A stretch of DNA of 59,460 nucleotides. Source: a virus. Lineage: Duplodnaviria; Caudoviricetes. The stretch spans positions 1-59,460 of the IMG/VR virus record IMGVR_UViG_3300033148_005420, one strand, 5' to 3'. The notes under the pieces are model-generated. The model was not told the origin of the DNA and did no database searches. It was given only the letters and a program-made list of their open reading frames with translations. Within the stretch, counting starts at the first letter, position 1, and each line of letters opens with the position of its first letter. This document shows, in pieces, positions 20,066 through 28,928 of the stretch. The translations under genes were made by a program, and so were the position numbers.

Positions 20066-21409
20066 CTATGATAAATTAACAAAAGTGGTAGTTTCTGCTA
20101 CCCAGCCTAATCGAACTGTTCCAGTAGGCCCGTTCCGCTGCTTCCCGATGATCACTTCCGCCATACCCATGTTCGGATTATCCTCCGCCTTGTTGTAAAC
20201 TTCGTCCCTATATATAAACATAATTACATCAGCATCCTGCTCAATGGCTCCTGATTCACGCAGGTCAGAAAGTTGCGGGTGTTTATCTGGACGATTTTCA
20301 AGCATCCGGTTGAGCTGAGACAGGACCACTACCGGAATATCCAACTCCTTAGCCATAGCCTTCAGTGACCTGGAAATATCACTGACCTCCTGGGTACGGT
20401 TCTCGTTCTTCGACCTCCCCTGCATTAGCTGGAGGTAATCCACTACTATCAATCCAATATCATGATTCGCCTTCAGCCTCCTGGCCTTGGCCCGCATCTC
20501 CATGACGGTTATCCCGGCAGTATCGTCAATCCAAACAGGGGCACCTTTGATCTTCCCAGCGGCGTTCACCATTTTCGGCCAATCATCATCCCTGAGCTGT
20601 CCATTACGCAGGCCGTGAGAATTAATCATACCAACGGATGAAAACAAACGGGTCACAAGAGCATCTTTGGACATTTCGAGACTGAACATGCCCACACGGA
20701 CACCGGTCTGCATGGCGGCGTACTGGATAATATTCATGGCTAATGCCGTCTTACCCATGGACGGACGGGCAGCCAAGATAATCAAATCAGACGGCTGGAA
20801 ACCCGATGTCATATGGTCGATTTCGCCATACCCGGTGGACACCCCAGTAATGGTGCCAAGGGTATTGCTCATTTTTTCGATGCGACCAAAAACACGTTCA
20901 GAAATAGGGCCGACGGATTCAAAACCCTCTGATTTCCGTTGAGAGGATAGCTCAAAAATGCTCTGCTCTGCCTCTGTAATCAATTCTTCGCCACCTGCGG
21001 CCCCTGACATGCAACGACCTCTTACGTCATCACACAGGGCTATCAGCTTTCTCAGGTTGGCCTTTTCTTTGATCCCTTTTGCATGATGGCCCAGGGCTCC
21101 CGCAAAAGGGATAATATCGGTGATGGAAGTGAGGTAAGCGGCCCCTCCACATTTTTTCAGGGTTCCTGCATCCCTCATTGAGCTGGTGACCGTGACCAGA
21201 TTGCAAGGCTGGTTTTCCTCATGCAGTGCAACAGCGGCCTCAAATATAACCCGGTGAGCAGGGACATAAAAATCTTCGGCATCGATCTTGTGGGCAACCT
21301 TACCCATCACTCCATCAGCAATCAGGATAGTACCGAGCAGATCTTTTTCGAGTTCAGTGCAGTTTGGTGGTACTGGCTGCGCTTCTTGTTCTGGTGGTGG
21401 TTCGATCAT
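20066..21409 (-). CDS. dnaB: Replicative DNA helicase DnaB
   Basis: AARPSMGKT Walker A, FSLEMS, IVVDYLQLM, LSQLNR, DLRESGAIEQDADV, KQRNGPTG. Confidence 0.97.
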   Translation of the reverse strand: MIEPPPEQEAQPVPPNCTELEKDLLGTILIADGVMGKVAHKIDAEDFYVPAHRVIFEAAVALHEENQPCNLVTVTSSMRDAGTLKKCGGAAYLTSITDIIPFAGALGHHAKGIKEKANLRKLIALCDDVRGRCMSGAAGGEELITEAEQSIFELSSQRKSEGFESVGPISERVFGRIEKMSNTLGTITGVSTGYGEIDHMTSGFQPSDLIILAARPSMGKTALAMNIIQYAAMQTGVRVGMFSLEMSKDALVTRLFSSVGMINSHGLRNGQLRDDDWPKMVNAAGKIKGAPVWIDDTAGITVMEMRAKARRLKANHDIGLIVVDYLQLMQGRSKNENRTQEVSDISRSLKAMAKELDIPVVVLSQLNRMLENRPDKHPQLSDLRESGAIEQDADVIMFIYRDEVYNKAEDNPNMGMAEVIIGKQRNGPTGTVRLGWVAETTTFVNLS

Positions 21410-21630
21410 TTTTCTCCCTCGTTTACTTTTCGTATCAGATATATTTCCCCATTCAGCGATTCAAGATGCAGATTTCCGCAATTCATAAATTTACATCTGT
21501 CCGGATTCCGGATCCAGCATCTGCATGGGCCATAACGCTTACGCTTTCTGTCTTTAACCCAAATCAAAAGCTCTCCCTCCTCCTCAATAACACCGCCTTC
21601 TGTGGGTCTTGCTCTATTCCTTTCGCTCAT
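21406..21630 (-). CDS. Hypothetical protein, 74 aa
   Basis: ATGA-coupled between the initiator and dnaB. Confidence 0.55.
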   Translation of the reverse strand: MSERNRARPTEGGVIEEEGELLIWVKDRKRKRYGPCRCWIRNPDRCKFMNCGNLHLESLNGEIYLIRKVNEGEK

Positions 21631-22565
21631 CCCGCTCCCTCGTCATCCCCAAGCATAGGGTTCATACCCCCGTTGAGGTATTTTTCTTTGTCGAATTTCT
21701 TTCCGCTTGGCACCGGTGTTGATACGTGCGTTTGCTCTAGCTCATCTTCCCAACGCTTTTGAGTTATCCATCCCTGTGCCATTTGTGGCGTTTTGCCGTC
21801 TGTGACGGTTTTGGTTCGCAACGTGGCTTCTGCGTTGGCCGACTTGTAAATCGTTGCGACAATACTATCTGTGAGGTCTGGGATGTCTAACCATGCATCT
21901 GCTGCCGTTGCCTTGCCTCTTTTGTAATTAAAAGCTTCCCAGAATAAAAGGAAGGTCTCAAGCCTCTTTCCCGAAAGCTTCCTCTTGCGGTGCGTCATGT
22001 AGGATTCTCCTGGGGTTCGGTCCCTCTGTCCTGCATCCTTTGGTGCAGAAGGCTTTTTATCTTTTGGATTAGGTTCAGGATCAGGATCAGGATAACTAGT
22101 AGTGTACCGTTGGTTGTTCGTCGGTTGTACCGTTGGTTGCTCGTTGGTTGTTCGCCGGTTGTTCGCCGTGTCTCCTAAGTCACTGTTTCCAAGTGGTCTA
22201 GGTTGTTCGCCGGTTGTTCGCCGATTGTTCGCCGATTGTTCGCCGGTTGTATCGTCAGTTGTTCGCTTTGTCCACGTTGGATCATGAATCACGCTCCCTT
22301 TGGCATTCCTGTTGATAAGTATTTGATTCAACCCTCTTCTTACCTCCTTTGATATTTCCCAGCCTTGCTTTTTGGCAAATCTTGAAACCTTCCCTCTACT
22401 CCAAATCCAAAGCTTTGAGTATCCATTCTCAGAAACCAAACTTTCGTTGTCAAAGTCGCATGTAAGGCAAAATGCGGCTTCGAGTTCCGTGTATGGTCTT
22501 TCTCCACTTTTCGGAAGGCTAGATACCAATTTTTTATTTACTGGAACCCAGTTTCCCCGCTGCAT
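21627..22565 (-). CDS. Phage replication initiator (lambda O-like organisation)
   Basis: Upstream of dnaB; N-terminal wHTH-like region (WIWSRGKVSRF), internal repeats, C-terminal FLLFWEAF..KRGKATAADAW...GWITQKRWEDE domain; start taken at ATG 22565. Confidence 0.8.
   Translation of the reverse strand: MQRGNWVPVNKKLVSSLPKSGERPYTELEAAFCLTCDFDNESLVSENGYSKLWIWSRGKVSRFAKKQGWEISKEVRRGLNQILINRNAKGSVIHDPTWTKRTTDDTTGEQSANNRRTTGEQPRPLGNSDLGDTANNRRTTNEQPTVQPTNNQRYTTSYPDPDPEPNPKDKKPSAPKDAGQRDRTPGESYMTHRKRKLSGKRLETFLLFWEAFNYKRGKATAADAWLDIPDLTDSIVATIYKSANAEATLRTKTVTDGKTPQMAQGWITQKRWEDELEQTHVSTPVPSGKKFDKEKYLNGGMNPMLGDDEGAG
22112..22266. repeat. Two arrays of 11-bp tandem repeats (GGTTGTTCGCC consensus); candidate origin iterons
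   Basis: About 5 copies at 22112-22167 and about 6 copies at 22201-22266, inside the initiator gene. Confidence 0.8.
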
Positions 22566-22566
22566 C

Positions 22567-22740
22567 TTAAATCTGCCTCGCTTTGATCTCTTCGTTCTTC
22601 TTCCAGTCAACCACCATCGCTCTGAGCACCGCCGCCTTAGCAAGTCCGGTTTTCTCGCAGTAACTTTCCAGAAAGTTGAACAACTCTTTATTTAAGGGTA
22701 CTGAGGCACACCTGTTGCCAGATTTAGCACGTTTTGCCAT
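22567..22740 (-). CDS. Ribbon-helix-helix (CopG/Arc-like) regulator, 57 aa
   Basis: Below the ORF-track cutoff: MAKRAKSGNRCASVPLNKELFNFLESYCEKTGLAKAAVLRAMVVDWKK...; GAGGA RBS; first gene of the replication operon. Confidence 0.7.
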   Translation of the reverse strand: MAKRAKSGNRCASVPLNKELFNFLESYCEKTGLAKAAVLRAMVVDWKKNEEIKARQI

Positions 22741-22785
22741 TATTTAATTCCTCTTTACTTTCTTTTTGATGTTATTAACTATCGC

Positions 22786-22826
22786 TTGCTTGTTATTAAA
22801 CTACATGGTATAAAGCGGTATGTCAA
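22786..22826. promoter_or_regulatory. Overlapping divergent sigma70 promoters
   Basis: Plus strand TTGCTT-17-TATAAA (extended -10 TG); minus strand TTGACA-17-TAGTTT. Confidence 0.65.
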
Positions 22827-22850
22827 TTAAATTTAACTGGAGGGAGAATA

Positions 22851-23261
22851 ATGAGCATAGCAACTAAAGAAACATGGAGAACGTTCATCACAAAAAAAGA
22901 GGCTGATACGCTCCAGCTTAACGGCGCTGATAATTTTGCGGAGATATTAGCCTTGCGGGAAAGATTACGGAACTCCCTGGCCGGGTCGGTATCAGATGAA
23001 GCTTACGGTATATTCCAGAAGCTTGGGATACCCCTTGCTGGCGGGTGGGGTGAGGACCAAATGAGCGCAGACGAATTGAGAAAAGAATTAGCCGCAGCCC
23101 GGGAAGATGCGGCGGCTCTTATAGTTGAGCTAACGGAAGCCAAGAGATTTGCAGAATGGGTTGAGACCCTTGGCCGTGGGGATGAGGAGATATTAAGGCG
23201 GGATCTGTCGTGCATGTCCGGGAGGTCTATTGACCGGATAGACGAGGCTTTGGGGCTATAA
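22851..23261 (+). CDS. Hypothetical protein, 136 aa
   Basis: GGAGGGAG RBS; between repeat copies 1 and 2. Confidence 0.7.
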   Translation: MSIATKETWRTFITKKEADTLQLNGADNFAEILALRERLRNSLAGSVSDEAYGIFQKLGIPLAGGWGEDQMSADELRKELAAAREDAAALIVELTEAKRFAEWVETLGRGDEEILRRDLSCMSGRSIDRIDEALGL

Positions 23262-23301
23262 ATAAAGCGGTATGTCAATTAAATTTAACGAGAGGAAGCA
23301 A

Positions 23302-23718
23302 GTGCCAAATGGAAAAAACAGTCCAGAGGTAGTTTACACAGACGATGATAATGTGGACTTTGTTTCTGTCCGTAGCGGCGCTCCGTGCCACGATTGTCAT
23401 TTTAGTTACAGTAACGGCAGGCAGTGCCCGGAGAACGTGAACTGTAATATCTGCGGGGAAGACAGGTATCTTATTACTGCCGAAGAGGCCAAGGAAAAGA
23501 CGGTGCAACCTGCGCTTATCGTTGAAATAAACGTCACATGCCCTTGGTGTAATCACTATTTTGACCTACTCGCAACAAGCATGAATGATGAGGGAGAGCT
23601 GTTGAACGCAGCTATACCAAGAAGCTCCCCTTGGGTAGATGCACATGAACGTTTTAAAGAAAGTTGCAAGTGCCCTGAATGCAGGGTGCTGATCAAAATG
23701 AAGGGTATCAAATGGTAA
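23302..23718 (+). CDS. Cys-rich (Zn-binding) hypothetical protein
   Basis: CHDC, CNIC, CPWC and CPEC motifs; GTG 23302 with GAGG RBS preferred over ATG 23272, which lies inside the repeat. Confidence 0.65.
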   Translation: MPNGKNSPEVVYTDDDNVDFVSVRSGAPCHDCHFSYSNGRQCPENVNCNICGEDRYLITAEEAKEKTVQPALIVEINVTCPWCNHYFDLLATSMNDEGELLNAAIPRSSPWVDAHERFKESCKCPECRVLIKMKGIKW

Positions 23719-23845
23719 AGCGGCATGCCCCGGCCCTGCAAGGGGCTATAAAGCGGTATGTCGATTAATTTTAACTGGAGGGCTTAGGTAGAGGAAAGGT
23801 TTTCGCAAGGAAGTGGATGAAATTTTCTCGAAGGATTGAACTGGG

Positions 23846-23877
23846 AAAGCCCCCGGCCGCAAGGCAGGGGGCTTTTT
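23846..23877 (+). terminator. Intrinsic terminator between convergent units
   Basis: AAAGCCCCC...GCAA loop...GGGGGCTTTTT. Confidence 0.8.
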
Positions 23878-23899
23878 GCTGTCTGGGTTTTTCGGACGG

Positions 23900-25200
23900 T
23901 TAAATCAATTCATTTCGCTCGACAATCCATTCTTCCGGGATAATCTTTCTCGCTTCGATATATCGACAAATTGCATTATCAATGTCTTGCACTCTTTTTT
24001 TGTTATGAAGCCTTTGCGGAATTAAGCCGAGCGGCGGTTTTTCGATCGATTCACGGGCAAGTCCACCTGCCTTTGTTACTGAATCGAACTCATCAAGGGT
24101 AGGGACAAACTCGCTTCCCTGGAGCGCCTGATGTTCAGTATCTGTTACAGCGTTGCGAAAATTTGCGAACATGGATTCTTTGACATTTTCTCCAGAACTC
24201 ATTCTGCTTCTCCTTTTATACCCTTCGCGGGTAGTTTGTTTTTGTATCCAGCGGCAGGACGGAAATATTCCTCAAGCTTAGATAATAAGTCTCGCGCTTC
24301 TGCTTCCTCGAGCTTGTGCGTGTTTGTTACGTCTTCAAAGGTATAACCTCCATCAGTCGACCAATCGCTTTCGCCTGTGATGGAAATGCAAAACTTATCA
24401 TCATCTATACTTGTTGCTAGCTTCAATCTATCACCTCTTTGTACCCTTCGCGGGTAGTTTGTTTTCCAGTTTCCAGGCAGCCTCAGCCCAGCCCCATGCC
24501 CAGAGCTGAGCTGGAGGGATAGCTCGCCGTTTACAGTAAGCCATTTTCCAAAACCATTTGTTCATTTGCTTCTCCTTTTATATCCAACCTCGACCGGGTG
24601 TTTTCCAATCGAATATTATGAAAATTTGACCGCTTTAGGCTTGCCGCAAGTTGCACAGAAGGAGATGCTTATACCTGTGCTGTGCTCTCCGTCGCTACAG
24701 TCGTAGAACAGATCCGACCAGCCTGCATAAGCCGTCTCACTGTGGTCACACTTGACAATCTTCCGGCATTTGTCGCACCATTCCGAGTCTAATTTTCCGT
24801 GCTTTTCACACTTGTGCATTCTTGTCCTTTGGCTTCAGTTTTAATATTTGCTTCATCAGAGCAATCACCGCATGCTGATGCGGATGATTTAGAAAATCTA
24901 TCTCCTTTATATGGCTGAGGTGGTTTGTGATTTCGTAACGGTTTTCCACATCCTCCTTCCTCTTTTTGTACTTCTCGGACTCATCCTTGTGCTCCTCGTT
25001 TTCCAGGTAGCAACGGTCGTAAGGCTTGCCGCCAACCATGCTTCCGTTGCTCTTGCGGTACCTGTCGTTACCGATCAGGAACTGCGTCTCCGTGGTTCTG
25101 ATTACGGTCGCTGGTAGCCAGAATGTTTCAACTTTAAACGTGGTTACCCACAGTGACGACTTGACAAGCACGGTATCCCCTGCCTTTATATCTCGGAACA
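23900..25200 (-). other. Run of small hypothetical CDSs (23900-24202, 24199-24426, 24431-24565, 24616-24819, 24806-~25200)
   Basis: Packed minus-strand ORFs with RBSs; 24431-24565 (MNKWFWKMAY...) is below the track cutoff. Confidence 0.65.
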
Positions 25201-25203
25201 TGA

Positions 25204-25566
25204 TTACCCCTTGATCCTGTTGTTTTCCTTCAGGCCGATTTCCATGGCCAGTTCCTTTCCCCATGCTTCAATCACATCCGGCACGTCAATGCCGTATGCG
25301 TCTTTGCAGTGGTTTCTTGCTATCTGGTATGCTTGAGCAAGGTTGCATTCTACGGTGTCAACGAATCCGCTCTCGTAAGCGCCTATCATAGTGTTGACGG
25401 GTCTCATTGCGGCCTGCGCGAGGGCCTGATCGCCCTCGTTATTCATTTCTTTCTCCAGTAGTCGCCTAATCAGGCCCGCCTTGGTTTTGCCGGCCTGCTT
25501 GCAATGCTTATTGAGTCGAGCGAGGAGGTTGTCGGTTAGGTATGCTGATACTTGGTTGTTTTCCAT
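25204..25566 (-). CDS. Protein with an N-terminal ribbon-helix-helix domain
   Basis: QVSAYLTDNLLARLNKHCKQAGKTKAGLIRRLLEKEM; first gene after a divergent promoter. Confidence 0.7.
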   Translation of the reverse strand: MENNQVSAYLTDNLLARLNKHCKQAGKTKAGLIRRLLEKEMNNEGDQALAQAAMRPVNTMIGAYESGFVDTVECNLAQAYQIARNHCKDAYGIDVPDVIEAWGKELAMEIGLKENNRIKG

Positions 25567-25594
25567 TATTTTCCCTGCTTAGTGTTATTTAGTG

Positions 25595-25635
25595 TTGATT
25601 AGTAGTAAAATACATGATACATATAGATATGTCAA
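25595..25635. promoter_or_regulatory. Overlapping divergent sigma70 promoters
   Basis: Minus strand TTGACA-17-TATTTT; plus strand TTGATT-17-TACATA; same geometry as 22786-22826. Confidence 0.6.
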
Positions 25636-25658
25636 GAATTTAACTAGGTGGCCCAGAT

Positions 25659-26714
25659 ATGGAACAAATCAAGCTATTCGGGCGGGTAAGCCTGCCGGAT
25701 AAAAAGGAAAATGTGGTGGCCCAGAATACCTGCAAGACCTGCAAGCACCGCCAGAGATGGCAGAGCGATTGGGGAAAGAAGGTTGGACAGTGTTGCGGAA
25801 AAAGAAGGAGCGGCAGGACCAGGAACGGACTGCTGAAGATTAAATGTAAGAATCCGGCCTGTGGCTTTTATCAGGCTGAGGAGGGAAAATGCCAAATGAA
25901 ATTGAAATGCTGATAATGGATCTGTATGTCAAGCGCAGGGATCATGCCATGGCCAAAGAAGCGTTTAGGAAATTATCCAGCGAGGTGGGGCGATGCTCTG
26001 AGGTTGAGGCATACGGACAGGGGGCTGCACCGTGCTACTCGGTGATGGATCCAGATTTGGACGGGTATTTGCCACCGCATCTATGGTGCGCAGCGTGCGA
26101 AAAGAGGCAGCCACTATGGGAAGCTAAATGCGCCGCATCTTTGGCGGCTGGGGCCGCTCTTCGGCGGGTTTTGTCTGCTGGAAAGCGGGTGTTTAAAGAT
26201 GGCCATGGGGAAAAATGCCAAAATTAAGAAAACCCCAAGAGCTCCTGATGCAGATACTGTGCAATGGCGGGAGGGTGGCCTATGATGATCAAATTTTTGC
26301 CATGGGCGAAAAAGGAGAGCTGGGTGTGATTATGCATAATCAGGACGGCGGGGAGGTGCCTGTGAAGGTCGATGCGGATATGGAATTCTTTTGCTCTATG
26401 GCCGAGGATATTGGCTTTGATGCGCTTTGGTTGCAGATTTGCGCTGGAAAGATCAACAGGAGCGTGACGTGAAAACAGTAGCAGGAATAGTCACCTATGA
26501 GGTGCGGGTGCAGTGTCCAAACCCTGATTGCAAATGGGAGCTGAACCTGACGCAGATGCCTTACGATCCTGATGGTGATTATGCTCCTGATCATGATATC
26601 GGAGGGCCGGTGTTTGGAGGGGAAAATCAGCCGGCGCAATGGAGCGGGCTGGAGCTGGAGTACACCTGCTGTCGTTGCAAGCAGGAATTTATTGTTGATC
26701 GACTGGAGATTTGA
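25659..26714 (+). other. Four small, mostly Cys-rich hypothetical CDSs (25659-25913, 25889-26227, 26215-26472, ~26469-26714)
   Basis: Overlapping plus-strand ORFs leading into the methyltransferase gene. Confidence 0.65.
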
Positions 26715-27886
26715 ATGTGGCAAAGGCTTACTATAACGAGATAGATCAAGATTGCTGCGACTGGCTCAGTAATCTGATGGATGCCGGACTTATTGCGCCA
26801 GGCAAGATAGACAACAGGAGTATTGCCGATGTCAATCCAGATGACCTTACCGGGTTTCAGCGAGTGCATTTCTTCGCAGGCATTGCAGGCTGGGAACTCG
26901 CCTTGCAGCAAGCAGGGTGGCCAGCGGAGCGGCCAGTGTGGACGGGATCATGCCCATGTCAAAGTTTCTCTTCGGCAGGCAAAGGCGGTGGAATCAACGA
27001 CCACCGGCACTTGTGGCCAGAAATGTTCCGACTCATCGAATCCCGCCAACCAGAAACCGTATTTGGAGAGCAGGTTTCTGGCAAACGAGTCACCGGAAAG
27101 CTCTTTAGTTCGACAGCGTTCAGGCGACTTAACCAGGCGGCTGCAAAAGCGGCTAGAGGTCAAGACCAAGAGGCTTGGCTCGGGGTTGTACAATCTGACC
27201 TGGAAGGAGCGAATTACGCCCTGGGGAGCCTTACATTTCCGGCTTGTGGCATCGGTGCGCCAATGCTGTCTCAGCGGCTTTACTGGGTGGCCGAGGCCGA
27301 CAAGAACAGACGCAATCAAGACAGGGAGTATATCTCCACGGCCGGGGGCAATGGGATTATCGGAGACGGTACCGCTGACCAACTGGGCACGGCCCCGGCA
27401 CACTGGAAAAGGGCACTCGACCGGCAACCTGGCAAGGGCTCACGACAGGAAAAGCAGATTAGAGGATCAGATTTTCCTCGCAGCGTGGCACCGGCCGGTG
27501 GTGAGGGATCACCGAAACAGCAGGGGCGATGGGACAAATCCCAGGGACTTGCCGAGACAGGTGGCTCTGATCGGCCCGCTCCGACTGCTGGCTTCTGGGC
27601 GAATCCTGATTGGGTCTACTGCCAGGACGGTGCGCTTCGGCCAGCTCAACCCGGATATGAGCCGCTGGCTCATGGGATACCCGGAAAGCTGGAGCAAATG
27701 CGCACCGAATTACAAAAGTTGGCACCTGGTGCAGGAAATATTAAAGACCTGCTCCGGCAATGCAAAAAGATTTTACGGTCGGCTCGTAGCTGCCGTAATC
27801 AACAGCTGAAGGGGTACGGGAATGCTATTGTTACCACGCAGGCTGTGGCGTTTGTCGAGGCCTATCTTGAAGCTGAGGAAGAATGA
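26711..27886 (+). CDS. DNA cytosine-C5 methyltransferase, large (alpha) polypeptide
   Basis: Motif I FFAGIAG, catalytic motif IV GSCPCQSFS, motif VI GEQV, motif VIII QRLYWVA, motif X LKGYGNAIV. Confidence 0.92.
   Translation: MNVAKAYYNEIDQDCCDWLSNLMDAGLIAPGKIDNRSIADVNPDDLTGFQRVHFFAGIAGWELALQQAGWPAERPVWTGSCPCQSFSSAGKGGGINDHRHLWPEMFRLIESRQPETVFGEQVSGKRVTGKLFSSTAFRRLNQAAAKAARGQDQEAWLGVVQSDLEGANYALGSLTFPACGIGAPMLSQRLYWVAEADKNRRNQDREYISTAGGNGIIGDGTADQLGTAPAHWKRALDRQPGKGSRQEKQIRGSDFPRSVAPAGGEGSPKQQGRWDKSQGLAETGGSDRPAPTAGFWANPDWVYCQDGALRPAQPGYEPLAHGIPGKLEQMRTELQKLAPGAGNIKDLLRQCKKILRSARSCRNQQLKGYGNAIVTTQAVAFVEAYLEAEEE
26823..27809 (+). CDS. Overlapping alternative-frame ORF; candidate beta polypeptide of the methyltransferase (TRD-like repeats plus motif IX)
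   Basis: 328 codons open entirely inside the MTase gene; GWPRPT, NWARP and AAWHRP repeats and GQLNPDMSRWLMGYPESW (motif IX-like). True start uncertain. Confidence 0.75.
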   Translation: MPMSIQMTLPGFSECISSQALQAGNSPCSKQGGQRSGQCGRDHAHVKVSLRQAKAVESTTTGTCGQKCSDSSNPANQKPYLESRFLANESPESSLVRQRSGDLTRRLQKRLEVKTKRLGSGLYNLTWKERITPWGALHFRLVASVRQCCLSGFTGWPRPTRTDAIKTGSISPRPGAMGLSETVPLTNWARPRHTGKGHSTGNLARAHDRKSRLEDQIFLAAWHRPVVRDHRNSRGDGTNPRDLPRQVALIGPLRLLASGRILIGSTARTVRFGQLNPDMSRWLMGYPESWSKCAPNYKSWHLVQEILKTCSGNAKRFYGRLVAAVINS

Positions 27887-28101
27887 TGGCGTGGTATTGC
27901 GAAGAATGCCAACAGGAAGTTGGTGAGCATGATGATTTTTTTAAATACTCTCACGGTTTGGGGCCAGGGCAGCACGGAGAGTTCACCATATGCGGCGTAG
28001 CGTGCGAGATGTGGGGCTACACAGCAGTAATACCGAGAAAAAGGATAACCTGCCCTGACTGCTTGAGAGTTATTAGACATTGCAGGACGTATAAGTTTTA
28101 A
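27883..28101 (+). CDS. Small Zn-finger protein
   Basis: CEEC, ICG and ITCPDC motifs; ATGA-coupled. Confidence 0.6.
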   Translation: MMAWYCEECQQEVGEHDDFFKYSHGLGPGQHGEFTICGVACEMWGYTAVIPRKRITCPDCLRVIRHCRTYKF

Positions 28102-28115
28102 TTAACAGGAGGATT

Positions 28116-28364
28116 ATGAAGCTTGACGAACAGCAGAGGCGGTTGAAAAAGTCTTACTGTGAAAGAGGGCTGTCGCCATGTGTATCGCATGCACTAGCCT
28201 TTATGTGTGGGATGGAGTGCGACCAAGGTAATGCCACCATATCAGACCCTGTTGTGTACGTGCGGAGTAGCTTGTCTGGGCAGATGGTGTTAAGGGCGCT
28301 GCTTGGAGAAAGCGATACCGAGGCATTGATTTTTGAGTTTTTCAGCTCGTTCATTAACAATTAA
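28116..28364 (+). CDS. Hypothetical protein
   Basis: AGGAGG RBS. Confidence 0.65.
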   Translation: MKLDEQQRRLKKSYCERGLSPCVSHALAFMCGMECDQGNATISDPVVYVRSSLSGQMVLRALLGESDTEALIFEFFSSFINN

Positions 28365-28387
28365 AAATCAAAACCCAATCAATTAAA

Positions 28388-28436
28388 AATCCCCAAAGAT
28401 AACCGTTCATTGGTCGTCTTTGGGGATTATTTTTTG
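28388..28436 (+). terminator. Intrinsic terminator between convergent units
   Basis: AATCCCCAAAGA...TCTTTGGGGATT followed by a T run. Confidence 0.75.
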
Positions 28437-28453
28437 TTTCCTGTCAAACAAAT

Positions 28454-28759
28454 TCAGAGGCCGACAAGGCCCCTGGTCAGGTCGTCTCCGATGTCCTCCA
28501 TGAGTACAATATCTCCGATTAGCTCCTCTCTGGTAACCTTTCCCTTCTCAAGGATCATCTGAACCAGGCAAAGAAGAGATTCCGATGTCCCGGATGGCTT
28601 CCGCTTGCCGAGTTCCCAGTTCTCCACTGACCTTTTGCTTACCCTGCCGGTGCCGATCGATAGCACTTCTGCGAGCTCCTGGCGGGTCATGCTTCCCCTG
28701 ATTTCTCTGGAGTTAACCACCCGCCGGGTGGTGGAGTGCTGTTTTTTAGCTTTTTTCAT
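28454..28759 (-). CDS. XRE-family HTH regulator
   Basis: MTRQELAEVL...VSKRSVENWELGKRKPS; start taken at ATG 28759. Confidence 0.8.
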   Translation of the reverse strand: MKKAKKQHSTTRRVVNSREIRGSMTRQELAEVLSIGTGRVSKRSVENWELGKRKPSGTSESLLCLVQMILEKGKVTREELIGDIVLMEDIGDDLTRGLVGL

Positions 28760-28928
28760 GCTCAATTCCTCTCGTTTATTAGTTCGCAAAGACGATCAGC
28801 GCCTTTTTTGTTGGCACATTTGCTCTGTTCGTGATAACGTAATCTTTCGAATACTTTCAATTGACCGGCCCCGTCGTGGGGTCGGGTTTACCAAAAACGC
28901 CCCGGCCAAATGACCGAGGCTTTACATA

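Larger units (their letters stand above)
22810..23782 (+). repeat. Three dispersed ~28-35 bp direct repeats (22810-22844, 23262-23289, 23748-23782) bracketing two genes
   Basis: ATAAAGCGGTATGTCAATTAAATTTAAC is exact in copies 1 and 2 and has 2 mismatches in copy 3. Confidence 0.9.

Noticed and set aside
22112-22266. CRISPR-like or purely protein-level repeat
   Set aside because: These are tandem 11-mers without spacers, and the period breaks codon phase; iterons are a better explanation.
22810-23782. CRISPR array or mini-array
   Set aside because: The repeats are separated by 420-460 bp containing whole genes rather than 30-40 bp spacers, and there are no cas genes.
28454-28759. XRE protein as a CI master repressor or TA antitoxin
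   Set aside because: It has no peptidase domain, no divergent cro partner and no recognisable adjacent toxin; left as a generic regulator.
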